A stretch of 64,000 bases of DNA, taken from Lytechinus pictus. Its lineage: Eukaryota. Positions 26,067 through 38,916 of the stretch are shown here, one piece after another (the first letter of the stretch is position 1; each line of letters opens with the position of its first letter). The notes below the pieces were generated by a model. It made no database searches, was not told where the DNA came from, and saw nothing but the letters and a program-made list of their open reading frames with translations. The position numbers and the translations under genes were made by a program. The stretch lies in assembly GCF_037042905.1 (NCBI RefSeq), contig NC_087245.1, positions 34,784,001 to 34,848,000 on the forward strand, read 5' to 3'.

Positions 26067-26356
26067 CAAATGGTTTTGTAGGCTACAACCGCGCCGCCTT
26101 CCATAACAACACTGGCGCCGACTACCTACCAGGTGAAAATTTCTTCACGGTGTTTGGTGTATTTTTCCCAACTGCCACTGGAGTGATGGCAGGCATCAAT
26201 ATGAGTGGAGATTTACGTGAACCACACAAGAGTATCCCCAAGGGAACCCTATCAGCTCTTGGTGTGACAGCCGTCCTGTATCTTCTCTTTGCCATGCTTC
26301 TGGGAGCGACGTGTATGAGAGATTTCCTGCAGACAGATTACATGATAGCAGAGACA
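26067..26356 (+). CDS. SLC12A8: SLC12A8 coding exon 5 (NGFVGY...FFTVFGVFFPTATGVMAGINMSGDLREPHKSIPKGTL...DYMIAET)
   Basis: cag| acceptor, |gtaagc donor, 290 nt phase 1/0; hallmark SLC12 TM6 FFP-TG-MAG-N-SGDL-P-SIP-GT motif. Confidence 0.97.
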
Positions 26357-26555
26357 GTAAGCATTGCATTCCATTCCTTCAGATAGTCAGTGACTGGGTA
26401 GCTGGAAAGTTATTACCTTCCTAGGTTCTAATTTATTTCAGCTCCCGATCATCATTTATCTGTCAAATTTATAATCCTCAATCAAGTAAAATCATCACAA
26501 AAACGATCAGATTGACAAGTTTGGTCGCCCCACTCACACAGTGTGGTTACATTGT

Positions 26556-27378
26556 GTTTTCTCTCACCTGGCGGCGGCGTCAACATCAAACCTTAACCGA
26601 AGGTTAAGTTTTTGAAATGACAGCATAACTTAGTATATGGACCTAGTTCATGAAACTTGGACAGTAGGTTAATCAAGTATTACTAAACATCCTGCCCGAG
26701 TTTCAGGTCTCATGACCAAGGTCAAAGGTCATTTAGGGTCAATGAACTTAGACCATGTGGGGGGGTCAATATCGAATTCTTAACCTAAGGTTAAGTTATT
26801 GAAATGTCATCATAACTTAGGAAAGTATATGGACCTAGTTCATGAAACTTGGACATAAGAGTAATCTTGTATCACTGAACATCCTGTGAGAGTTTCAAAT
26901 CACATGACCAATGTCAAAGGTCATTTAGGGTCAATGAACTTTGGCCAAGTTGGGGGTATTTGTTGAATTACCATCATAACTCTAAAATTGTATTGGTCTA
27001 GTTCATAAGACTTACACATAAGAGTAATCAAGTAACACTGAACATCCTGTGCGAGCTTCAGGTCACATGACCAAGGTCAAAGGTCATTTAAGGTCAATGA
27101 ACTTGGCCACGTTGGAGATAATTATCAAATTGCTGTCATAACTTTCAAAGTTTATGGATATAGTTTTAGTTTTTATGAATTGTTCGACATAGGGGTAATC
27201 AAGTATCACTGACAAGTCTTAGGTCACATGATCAAGGTCAAATATCATTTAGGGTCAATGAATGAATAATGTTTTTTGTGAATACTTATTTTATAGTAGT
27301 TCTCAAAGTCAGCACTGCTGCTTCATGTATATTGATTCGTGTAATGCAGGTGAGACTGCCCGAGGTGCTCTACTTGTT
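26556..27378 (+). mobile_element. HINE-like subfamily A
   Basis: GGC microsatellite, tandem cores with aaggtcaaaggtca, 3' atgcaggtgagactgcc...cttgtt. Confidence 0.7.
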
Positions 27379-28164
27379 TTACATGTGACCTCTCAGAAAG
27401 TCATCCCAATGTGAATATCGCCACCTAAATTTTCGCCACATACAAATCTTTTCGAATTGGTGGTAAATCAGAATACTCCATAACAGTTCCCTAAATAACA
27501 AGTTCACAATCAGAAATCATGTTTTGCTGTTGACATAAATTTTGTAACAAAACAATTTTAACACTGGGAATGAAAATGGATAAAGACCTCATTGTTGTGT
27601 AAAAAAAAAATATTTGAACAAAAGCATTGGAGATGAAAAAATATTTATCGTACCATGGTTCATGAATAATTGAAAATTAATATTCATGAACTATATAATA
27701 TAATATTACTTGTTTTCAAATATTTACATACTTGCCAACATGGAAGAGTGCAAAAGCGGTAACCTTGGCAAGGGAGTGGAGCAACCAAGTGGGGGAAGGG
27801 TCTTGGAGGTGGGGAATCTCCCTCCCAGGGCGAGAGACATTTGCAGATATTGAAATCAATTTGATAAATTTTATAGCACTTTCAATTCTTAATTCAATGT
27901 GAAAGTACAAGCGTGATGATAATCTAAACCAGTAACCACCCTAATTGCTATCTCATTCAATAATGTAGTGTGCCTAATAAGATAAGCAAAATTTGCTGAT
28001 ATTAAGGCCTGAAAGCTGGACATTTTAAGCCATTTTGCAAGTATGAATAGGATGCATGGATTAATATATTAAGACAATCAGGCAATATTCACATATATAT
28101 ACCGCTATTCAGATTAGAATTTTAAGATTTTATTAACAAATATATATTTAACTTTGTGTTGTAG

Positions 28165-28311
28165 GTGTCACTAGTGGGATTCCTATGGCTGCTTGGGCTG
28201 TACATCTCGTCTTTGTCATCATGTTTAGGAGGGCTTTATGGAGCACCCAGAATACTCCAGTGTATAGCTAACGAGAACGTTATTCCCATCATTAAATTCC
28301 TGGGCCATGGG
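28165..28311 (+). CDS. SLC12A8: SLC12A8 coding exon 6 ([49 protein letters not shown])
   Basis: tag| acceptor, |gtaagt donor, 147 nt phase 0/0; GAPRILQ motif. Confidence 0.97.
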
Positions 28312-28473
28312 GTAAGTCAGCTTTAAAGGAAAAAAATCTTTTTATCGTAATTCTTCTCTGGAGTTTCTAAGTGAAGGTGGATTATATCTTGACACATTTA
28401 TAGGATGTTGCCAGAAACTTGGGATGAATTCCATATGAAGCTTGAATAAACTAAGTGCAAATGCATTGATTAA

Positions 28474-29235
28474 CCCTATCTAGGCCGGGGTATTTTGGGA
28501 GTTCATATGGCCAGGGGGGGCCTCCCGGGCCCCTCTTCGAAATCTCGGCCGTTGATTGCGCAATTGCGCCGAAAATTGGTACGCAGGTTGTCTTGGACAT
28601 AATCTACAAAATTGTAGAGTAATTTGTTTCATGCAAATCACTATTAAGCGATTATGCTAATTTATGCGTATTTAGTATGCGAAATCGCACTTTTTCCTCT
28701 AACTCCCTAAATAACGCTCCAAATTATCTAATTTTTGGTATATAAACTCTTTGTGGTGTTCTTAGAAAATGTACGTGAACAAAATTGCAATATGAAATCA
28801 ATTTTTTATGTATTACATTGTTTTTTTGCAATTTCTTATGTATTTCTCAATTTTTTGGACCTTTTGTTTTTATTTTTTTTTCAATGAACTTTGTCGGGGA
28901 CTCTTTTGAGATCATAAACGGAATAAAATAAATACATTTGGACCAGCAAAGCTAAAAATAATCATACATTTATGATTTTTGGTTGAAAACACAATTTGCA
29001 TTGACTTTGTACACGAATTACGCTTTTAGCAATTTTTGGTCTGACATGCACTTACAAAATGTTGCGTGATTTCGAAATCGCGTACCGGGCGTCGCAAAAT
29101 TGGTCTCAAAAGTTGCGCAAGACTTGAAAGTAAAAAGTCAGCGAACGGCGGGGTAAAAAAAATTTGCGCGGGGAAAATATTGCACGAATCATTGAGGGGG
29201 GGCCTCCGAGGCCCAGCCCCCCGGCCTGGATAGGG
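28474..29235. mobile_element. piggyBac-like non-autonomous element
   Basis: TTAA|ccctatctaggccgggg ... ccccggcctggataggg|TTAA. Confidence 0.88.
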
Positions 29236-29611
29236 TTAAATGCAAATTTTAGTTGATATGTATTCAGTTGCAACTCAATTTTCTACCCAAGCTCAATTAT
29301 ACTTAATTTTGGGCTTATGTTTGATTTGCAAATGAACATAAGTTTCTTGCAACACTGATAAAGATTGACTTTAGTGCCTTTCATGCCTTTGGCCACTTTA
29401 CATTACATGTATGTGTCATAAAATAGACTGTGTCTGGACAATTATAACATCCATCCCTTCATTACATTACTCATTAAATCCCTATTAACAAAATTATAAA
29501 AATAATGATAATATTCCATTATATTTTATTTTGAGACACACCTTTCACATAACGTTATCTGTATTATTTTCCATGGCATATTTGGCTTTCTTTCACTGCA
29601 CTCTCAATACT

Positions 29612-29900
29612 TTTTATACAACCGTCTAGACGGGACGTATATGTATTATGGTATCACGCTTGGTGTCCGTCCGTCCGTTAACTTTTCCTTGTAAACGTGA
29701 TATCTTCAGTTCAACTTAACCTAGGCTCATATAATTTGGTGTGTATGATACTAGCATAGATACCAGGAAGCCAATTGATTTTGAGGTCAAAAGGTCAAGG
29801 TCACAGTGACATGTTTTCATCTTACCCTTCTGCAGTCCTTGTAAACGCAATAACTTCAGTTTAACTTAACAATTTTATCTTAACCGAGGCTCATATAATT
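29612..29900 (+). mobile_element. HINE-like subfamily C fragment (others at ~22654 and 39858-40183)
   Basis: ttttatac..ccgtc..gacgggacg, GTCC microsatellite, aaggtcaaggtcacagtgac core. Confidence 0.6.
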
Positions 29901-29994
29901 TGCCTTTTCTGCTTCAAAATTAATAGCTCAAAAGTATGTACATTGATTCCCCAGGCCGTGTCAGACCAAAAGACATAAAAAGATGGGAGTTACT

Positions 29995-31319
29995 CAGGGA
30001 AAAAAATTAATTTTTTTTTTCGGGGGCTCCATTTTAATTTTTTTGTCAAATTTCGGGGGCTCCATTTCTACCTTTCGGGGGCTACTCTTTGCATTTCGGG
30101 GGCTCTTTTTGAATGCTACTTTTTTGTATTTTGAGGATTACCTGTTCACTTATTAATGAATTATTACTTTTTGTTTGATATTGTATGATTTTGTAAGTTA
30201 TTTTTTTCATGCTTAGAATCTTGGGTGTGTGTGTGTGGGTGGATGTGTGTGTGTGTGGGTGTGACTGTGAGTTGGAATTGGATATAAATGAATTCAATAT
30301 GTAATTTCTACTCAGTCTATTCCAGTACAATACCCTGTACTCGGCCATGTACATGTAATAAATGCCCACATTATTTATCAAATACCCTAACTTTTTGTGA
30401 AGTTCTTTGAAAACGCAGATCTCCATGAAAATTGCATTTCTCTATGGGGGAGTCTAAATTTGGTGAGAATGTATTCATTAAGAACTTAAATATACATGAC
30501 AATGAAGAAATCATCAAACTTTATTGGCAGTTTTGAATAATATACCCGAAATGTAAACTCTGTCTGAAACAGAAAATCACCATCATTGAGGCCTTTACTG
30601 AGCGAATTGTCCCCCAGAGCTCTGGCAGAGAGACAGAGCTCAGACTGGCTAGCTAATACAAGCGCCAATGCGTGCGCCTGCCGCCGGCCTTGTAAAATAG
30701 ATGGAGCTTTGTTTGATGATTTATTGTCTGATATTTACCACATCCCCGAGAAAAATAAAACAAATGAATTTTAAGTTATAATTAATAAATAAGGTAAGTT
30801 ATTTTGGATGTTAATAGGCTGTTTTGAAAAGCAAAGCCGAATGACAACTCACCAATGATAGGTTACTAGACTCGAATTATTTTATCACAGAATTGTGATA
30901 ACTGTAGGGGAAACATGTGCATTAGAAATTGCACATAGTGGTAGTCATAATTGACCCCTATACATGCAACTGTTTCCCGACCATCGCGTTCATTTTTTTT
31001 CCATACCTGGTACCATGTGTGTGGAAATACGTGGTACAGGAAAAAAGACGCAACTTCGGAATTTGAAACTGCGCTCCTCGCTATTTTCAAGGCTTATTCA
31101 TGATTTTGAGTGTGGATTTTGGATGTTTTTTAAATGGTAAGCGGAGCTCGAGCATATGGCGCTAGTGGTTGGTTGAGTTGTTATCACTCGGCAATAATTT
31201 CGGGGGCGACATTCAGATTTTATGTCGCCCCCGAAAGCATGATTTTGGGTGATTTCGAGGGCGACTTTAGGCATTTCCGGGGCGAATTCGCCCGCCGCCC
31301 CCGTGTATTTTTTTCACTG
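29995..31319. mobile_element. hAT-like non-autonomous element with 8-bp TSD (gagttact), inserted in a SINE remnant
   Basis: gagttact|cagggaaaaaaa ... tttttttcactg|gagttact; subterminal cgggggc repeats. Confidence 0.8.
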
Positions 31320-31531
31320 GAGTTACTGCTACATGTACACTTTTTGACTTTCAACAATTTAAGAGATAGAGCTACATCAACCCGGCGCTACAATCAATTG
31401 GGCAAAATGATTTTTTTTTTTAATATTTCTATTCGCCGATTTCTATTTTGAAAAATGAAATATTTTTCCCTCAATATTAACAATATGCCCCCAAGGCATC
31501 CCATGAAATACTCCCTCAATTCTGATTTAAT

Positions 31532-31700
31532 GGGAGCATTATGGTCTTGTGGTTCAGACTTTTGCATTTCAATCAGAGGGTCATTAATTCAAATCCCAGT
31601 CATGGAATCATTTCCTTTAGTATTGAAATTTATCCACCCTGTGCTGCACTTAACCCGGGTGAGGTAAATGGGTGCCTGGCAGGATTTTATTCCTTTAAGC
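31532..31700 (+). mobile_element. Degenerate tRNA-SINE, same family as 19429-19716
   Basis: tttatccaccctgtgctgcacttaacccgggtgaggtaaatgggtgcc body and eroded A/B boxes. Confidence 0.7.
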
Positions 31701-31816
31701 ACAGAATGGATGCACTTCTCAAGCCAGGGAAATTATACTAAACTATTGTCTTCTGTTAAAGTAATTGCTTCGTGGTTTATAAGTACTAATTATTTCTTTT
31801 CTTCAATCATACACAG

Positions 31817-32291
31817 AAAGGGCCAAATAAAGAGCCTATCATAGCCCAGCTCCTTGTGTGCTTCATAGCTATCCTCTTCATCTTCATCGGTCAAGTCAAC
31901 TATCTTGGTCCTATCGTAACCATGCCTTTCCTCCTCTCCTATGCCGGTATCGACTACGCCTACTTCTCCCTGGCCATGAGCTTCGACCGCGTCGGCGGTG
32001 AGCCCGGGAAGGAGAAGGACAGCCTCCTCTCCCACGTCATCGATAAGAATCGACAGGATGGCACCTCGTACGGCGCCCTCGTCAACGAACCCGACGATGA
32101 TTCGAACCGCAGGGACTCGCTCTCAGAATTCAAGCAGGACATCGAGAAGGCAGAAAAGGCATTTGGAGTTTCGGATGAAAAGAAAGAGGACGGTCAAGAG
32201 AAGAATTCGGTTGAGAATGGAGGAAATCAGTATGGAGGTGTGGTCGGGATCAGTGATAAGGAGTCACTTATTGATTCACAAAATAGAGGGG
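31817..32291 (+). CDS. SLC12A8: SLC12A8 coding exon 7 (KGPNKEPIIAQLLVCF...GPIVTMPFLLSYAGIDYAYF + hydrophilic loop)
   Basis: cag| acceptor, G|gtaagt donor, 475 nt phase 0/1. Confidence 0.95.
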
Positions 32292-33075
32292 GTAAGTGAA
32301 ATCTTTTAAAGTGAGACAAGGACATTTTAGGTTTATCAAACAACAACCATGCCTGAGATTTAAAGAAAAAAACCCATAGACTATAAAACACTAAATTGTC
32401 AATAAAATCACCTATATAGAGCGCAATGTTTATTTAAAGCAAAATTTTAGATGTACTTTTACTATGCCAATTTAAAGGCACTATTGGACTTAATCTCAAA
32501 TGTAGATGTTTGACTTTGAAGCATTTTTGTTTACTTGATCAAATAGTAGCTGCCCGATCATGATAGTGATTTTAATTTTTGTTAGAACATGAAGCCAAAA
32601 AGTCATTAACCATAATGGAATTGAGCCTAAAAGAGTTGTAGAAATTCACTAAACCATAAAGCATTGGACATTGAATGTCAGCAGTTGTATTCGCACAATA
32701 TACTTGCACACAATGTAAGTGGCTGAAAAAATGAAATTAATCAAATTGTATCTTGACAAGAATTTTATATGAACTAATAATGAAGATAAGAGGGAAAAGC
32801 ATTCTTGCAGCATTATTACTACAGTTCTATCAAACAACTACCCTTTTTCCGCAAATCACATTTGATGTATGGTTATTTTGCTGCCTCGAATGAACTTTTA
32901 GCACAAAAAAAGAAAAATATTAAATAGTTATATAATGTTTTAACTATTTGAGATTGAAAAAAATCTATATGCATTTATATTGTGATATTGTTAACATACA
33001 AGTTGCAATCTTATATTCTTGCGTTGATCAAATATCATTGTTGGTTTAGCATGAAGATTATTACTTTCTTTTTAG

Positions 33076-33164
33076 ATTCCAAAGGTCCATTCAGTACAGA
33101 GATAACTCGCATGCCCCCATCATGGTATTCAAGATTCTGTAACAGATGGGTCTCTCTTATAGGT
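33076..33164 (+). CDS. SLC12A8: SLC12A8 coding exon 8 (DSKGPFSTEITRMPPSWYSRFCNRWVSLIG)
   Basis: tttag| acceptor, |gtaagt donor, 89 nt phase 1/0; CNxWVSLxG motif. Confidence 0.93.
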
Positions 33165-34797
33165 GTAAGTATTAAGCTTGTTTTATACTCACAATCATGA
33201 CTTAATGTAGAAACACACCCTATGAAGACGAAGATAGTATTATCACAAGGTTATAGAAATATTCTGAAATTACTGTGCTCATTATGAGGATGATTTAACT
33301 TTGTCAAAAGTAGACAATTTTGTTTCTGGTGGAATGAGGGATGTATCATATCTGTTTAATTTGTTTATTGATTATTTATTTTGTTATATTTATATGTTGT
33401 ACCCCATTATAGTAGACCGGCCAAAAGTCAAAAAGTGCTCTAGATAAGGATTCGACGGCAAAATTTGTTAATGCTTGGCATCCCAGCTAAAAGTCTTGCA
33501 AAAATACCCAGGAATAGCGTACTGAAAGAATGTCGAAAATCACGCATTTTGATATTTTGACGGATTATCATCATATTTTTGGTTATCTTTCATATGAAAT
33601 TATTTTTATTCAGAGTTTCAAATTATAAGTCTCATAAATATGCATTTCAAATTTGAATATTACACACACACACATATGGCACAGGGAAACATAAAACCGC
33701 GATTTCCTCATAATAAAAGTTTGTGAAAACTATCAATAGTTTGAAGTTTTTTTACGCAGCTTAAATTCTTCGATTTAACTGCGTTTATCCATCAAATGTA
33801 TAGTAAATGTCCTAATGTCACAAATATTAAAAGAATTTTCAAGTAAGATTTAAGATATCTCACTTCATGTTATCCGAAAGGAGACAATGTGCATTTTACC
33901 AGGTGCGCATTTTGAAAGAAAAATTGAAAATACCGTACATTATGTACATAATTACATGTATAAGTACATACTAAAGCGAGTTTTTAATTACATGTATAAG
34001 TGCACTCTAAAGCGAGTTTTTAATTGGATAGCACAATTTGTCAATTCTTTGCATCCCAGCTAAAAGTCTTGCGGAAATCCTGAGAAATAACGTACGGGCG
34101 TATACCAAGTGCACTTTTGCGTGAAAGTATCATTTTTTGCGTAAAATTTGAAAGACTGTTGAAAATCATGCATTTTGATATTTTGACGGATTATCATCAT
34201 ATTTTTGGTTATCTTTGATATGGAATTATTTTTATTCAGAGTTTTAAATTATAAGTCTAGTAAATATGCATTTCAATTTGGAATATTACACACACATATA
34301 TGGCAATATGAAATATAAAATCGTGATTTACTAAAAATAATAGTTTGTGAAAACTATCAATAGTATAATGTTTGTGTTCCGCATCTCAATTTCGTCAATT
34401 TTAGCGCTAACCGAATAAATACATAATAATTGTTGTCATGGCACATATAGTGAAAACAAATGTTGTAATAAGATGCAAGATATATCATTTTATGTTATAT
34501 ATGCGAAAGATAACAATGTACATTTATCGGATGCGCATTTCTGATAAAATACAAACAGCGCACAATATTACATCTATATTGCACATACTAATATCAATCA
34601 GTGCGATACTCGTCATGATCTTATATAGGATTATGTTTACTTTTGTAGAGTTCGATCTTCTTGCTATTTCCGCGAATTAATTGGTGCTGAACGTAAATCT
34701 ACCTGTGGCGATATTCATAAATAGGTCTGATATTTAATTTGCCGTTACCATGGTAACATTAATTTTGTAGGAATATCTATATCCAAAATCATAGAAA

Positions 34798-35038
34798 CAG
34801 TAGCGTACCTATAGGATTTTCCACAGGGGGGGGGGGGCAAAACCGTTGGCCAAAAAATTTGACAAGCAAAAAAAAAAGGTCTTCAAGCTCGTCAGGGGGG
34901 GGGGGCAAAAAAAGGTCTTCAAGCTCGTCGGCGGGGGGGGGGGGGTGTGGCATGGATACGTCTTTTGCATGGGTTGGGACTCGTCAGGGGGGCAGACTGC
35001 CCCCTCTGCTCCCCCCCCCCCCCGTAGGTACTCTAGTG
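34798..35038. mobile_element. Poly-G/poly-C hAT-like MITE, 8-bp TSD (catagaaa)
   Basis: catagaaa|cagtagcgtacct ... aggtactctagtg|catagaaa. Confidence 0.8.
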
Positions 35039-36343
35039 CATAGAAAATATACATGTATGAATAAAACGATCGAATTAGCATGTTTAAACTACTCTGTCAA
35101 TCTACATTTTACTTCAATTATTGGATTATCAAAGTCTAAAAAAATATGGCCGTTACCACGGCAATACCTATTTTTTGTCTCGCCTGCATGCATAGCAGAG
35201 CAGGACTAAAGGAGCCACTTTTCCGGCGGAGGCGACGGTAGTTTTGATATAACAGCGTCATATCAACCTTGAAATTTTAACCAAGGTTACGTTTTCGAAA
35301 TTTCTATATAACTTTGAACGTATAGAAAAAAATTAATGACACTTATAACAGTATTCAGGTATTACTGATCGTCTTGCACAAGTTTTAGATCACATGATTA
35401 AGGTCAAATGTCATTTAGAGTCACTGAACTTTGGCCATATGGGGATATTTTTTCTTAATGTCATCATAACTTTTGAATTCTAAAATTGGGAAAATGAGCT
35501 ATGGACACTGACATAAGCCTTTTGAAAGAAGATGCATGGAAGTGAGGGGGAGGGGAAACTTGCCCCCCAAAAAAAATCAAGAAAAGGCATAAAACAACAG
35601 AAGCAAAATAATAGAAAGCTTGTTGGGGAGGGGGTCATTTAGTTATTTATTTATTTAATTATTTATTTATTCTTTTATTTATATATCTATACATATTTAT
35701 TTATTTATTATAACCTCAATTGAATGTAAATATTGTAATTCTAATTTTTTTTTTAAATTAATAAACACAAATTATTCCCTAAATTAAGGCTTTTGCTTAA
35801 AAGACTTGGTCAGTCAGCTCACTCACCAGCAGCGTAGCTAGGATTTTGTCAGCAGAGGAGCACGGGGGCGGGGCTTGGTATTTTGCAGGGGGTACCAAAA
35901 TAGATTGATTCATCAAGTATTTATTATTAAGTACATATTAGCTTTATTCTCACAAGCACGATTAAGTATCTGACAAGGCCCATTTGAATAATGCGAGCGC
36001 GAAGCGCAAGCATTTTTATAATATGCAATGAAATTTAGAGCTGAAATTTAGAAAGTTACACAATTCGTAAGTGTAATCACGAACATTATTGTAATGTTAG
36101 AAATTTCAGAAATTTTTAATATTCTGACGTGAAAACGGAGCATTTAATACATATCTTAAAAAAATGATATATAGGCTATTGATGCGAGTCCGAAACGCAA
36201 TCTGATTTTTATATTCCAATCCGTAAACTGGACATTTTGATGACGTTTTGAAATAAAGAATGTTATGTATCTGTTTTTAAAAATCCAGCACAAGCCGAGC
36301 TGGCTTTTTTTAAATTAGAAACGAAACATTCTAAGGCGCGATA

Positions 36344-36545
36344 GGGGCGATAGCTCAATCGGTAGTGAGGGGGTTTCGGATTCCGGTGGCCTGGGTTCAA
36401 TTCCCACTTGGCGCGCTAGTGCCAAGTAAGGCATTTAAATGGTAGTAAGGCATTTTAGTCCTATAGGTCCCTCGGAGAGTACCTTAAGCCATCGGTCATC
36501 TGGTTGCTTGCTTAGAAGCATTCACGCTTTCTTAGCAAATGAGGT
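36344..36545 (+). mobile_element. tRNA-derived SINE (possibly Deu-domain type)
   Basis: ggggcgatagctcaatcggtag (A box), gggttcaattccc (B box), gtccctcggagagtaccttaagccatcggtc body. Confidence 0.65.
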
Positions 36546-36995
36546 AAAACAAAAATCGTCAAATCATGAACAATGATCAGTATTTAATTATAGCATTTGA
36601 TGCGAGCGCGAAGCGTGAACTGAAAATGTCGAATTAAACGAAGGATTTTAAACATGTTTTTAATGTAGAAAAAGATGAATATCTTACTTAACAAAAACGT
36701 TAGCGCAAAAGCGCGAGCTAAAATTGGGAGAGACTAAGAGCTAAAGATCGGACATACAGTATTCACATTTATTTAATAATGGACTGGATGCGACTGGATT
36801 CTGAGAAGTTGACACTTCAAGCAAGGTTTTTTTTAAACAGATAGCAAGTTGTTTATCTCATATATTAATGCCAGCGCGAAGCTCGAGTCGAAAATTTATT
36901 TGCCATCTTTTTGTAATCTCGTGTAGGGTGCCTATCTCGCTAAACCACAATAAAATATACACTCGAATCGCGAGCAGAATACTTTGGGTATATTA

Positions 36996-37173
36996 CAGCG
37001 GCGTACCCAGGATTTTCCAAAGGGGGGGGGCAATTTTTTGGAGGATATTTCGTCCGCGAAAAAAAATTACAAGCAAAAAAAAAGGTTTTCAACCACAAAT
37101 AAAGGATTTTGTACCAATAAAAAAAAATCGTCAGGGGGGGGGGGGGCCAGTCTGCCCCCCCTTTATGCTAGTG
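36996..37173. mobile_element. Poly-G hAT-like MITE, 8-bp TSD (gtatatta)
   Basis: gtatatta|cagcggcgtacccagg ... tatgctagtg|gtatatta; same family as 34798-35038. Confidence 0.75.
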
Positions 37174-38740
37174 GTATATTATCTTGAAAACGGGATACTT
37201 TCAGCTCCATGTAATCCTTTCGGACACTACACATGACCTTAGGCAGCGGGGGAGGGGGGGGGAAGAGGCAGTTGCGGCCAGAAATTTTGTAACTCGTTTT
37301 AAGTATGTACTTATTCATGTAATTATGTTAACAATTTACAGTATCTTCAATTTTACATTCAAAAGGCCCCCCCCCCCTTCCCGCTAAATTTTGCATACCC
37401 CCTTTCGGAAAATGTTTCTTTCATCTTACTTGAAAATTCTTTTAATATTTGTGACATTAGAAACGATCGATATTCAATAGATGAACCAATTTAAATCGAA
37501 GAATTTAAGTTGTAAAAAAACTTAGAACTATTGATAGTGTTCACAAACTTCTATTTTGAGTAAATCACGATTTTTTATGTCGTATTGCCATATATGTGTG
37601 TGTAATATTCCAAATTGAAATGTATATTTAGTAGACTTATAATTTGAAACTCTGAATAAAAATAATTTCATATCAAAGATAACCAAAAATATGATGATAA
37701 TCCGTCAAAATATCAAAATGCGTGATTTTCGACAGTCTTTCAGATTTCACGCTAAAAATGATACTTTCACGCAAAAGTGCACTTGGCATCCGCCCGTACG
37801 TTATTCCTCAGTATTTCCGCAAGAATTTGAGCTGGGATGCAAAGAATTGACAAATTGTGCTATTCAATTAAAAACTCGCTTTAGTGTGTACATATACATG
37901 TAATTAAAAACTCGCTTTAGTATGTACTTATACATGTAATAATGTACATAATGTACGGTTTTTTCAATTTTTCTTTCAAAATGCGCACCTGGTAAAATGC
38001 ACATTGTCTCCTTTCGGATAACATAAAATGAGATATATTCCATCTTACTTGAAAATTCTTTTAATATTTGTGGCATTAGGACATTTACTATACATTTGAT
38101 TGAGAAACGTATTTAAATCGAAGAATTTAAGTTGCGTAAAAAACTTTAAACTATTGATAGTTTTCACAAACTTTTATTATGAGGAAATCGCGGTTTTATG
38201 TTTCCCTGTGCCATATGTGTGTGTGTAATATTCAAATTTGAAATGCATATTCATGAGACTTATAATTTGAAACTCTGAATAAAAATAATTTCATATGAAA
38301 GATAATCAAAAATATGATGATAATCCGTCAAAATATCAAAATGCGTGATTTTCGACATTCTTTCAGATTTTACGCTAAAATGACACGTTCACGCAAAATT
38401 GCGTTTGGCATCCGGCCGTACGCTATTCCTGGGTATTTTTGCAAGACTGTTAGCTGGGATGCCAAGCATTAGCAAGCATTAACAAATTTTGCCATCCAAA
38501 GTATAAAAAATCGTTTTGGCCGGTCTACTATTAGTGATCATTTGTATTGTTTTCTAAGGAGCCCTATATATATACACTTGAACATTATTTCTCTTTTTGT
38601 TACTGTTGAACTAACTCCCGAAGGAACTCCAAAATCAATCTTACTGTTCACATTGTTTTTTTCCCCTACAGGCTTTAATATCTGTTGCAATCATGTTCGT
38701 CATCAATCTTTCTCGTCACTTGGTTTTCTTCTCCCTACAG

Positions 38741-38916
38741 GCTTTAATATCTGTTGCAATCATGTTTGCCATCCAATGGGGCTATGCTCTTGCCAACGTG
38801 TGCGTATACTTAATCGTCTACATCTATATTGGCCAGGCTAATCCGGGAGTAAAACCAGGCGTGGCCGACTTTCAGTTTTTCAGGTGGATAAAATCCCTGT
38901 TCCAGAGGCTTCTCAG
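38741..38916 (+). CDS. SLC12A8: SLC12A8 coding exon 9 (ALISVAIMFAIQWGYALANV...YIGQANPGVKPGVADFQFFRWIKSLFQRLL); alternative in-frame start 38672
   Basis: ctccctacag| acceptor, AG|gtatga donor, 176 nt phase 0/2; IMFxIQW and YIGxAxPG motifs. Confidence 0.95.

Larger units (their letters stand above)
33410..38530. mobile_element. Academ-like foldback element with ~1-kb inverted arms, TTA TSD
   Basis: tta|tagtagaccggccaaaa ... ttttggccggtctacta|tta; 33410-~34380 complementary to ~37420-38530; arms contain ~625-bp internal repeats. Confidence 0.8.
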
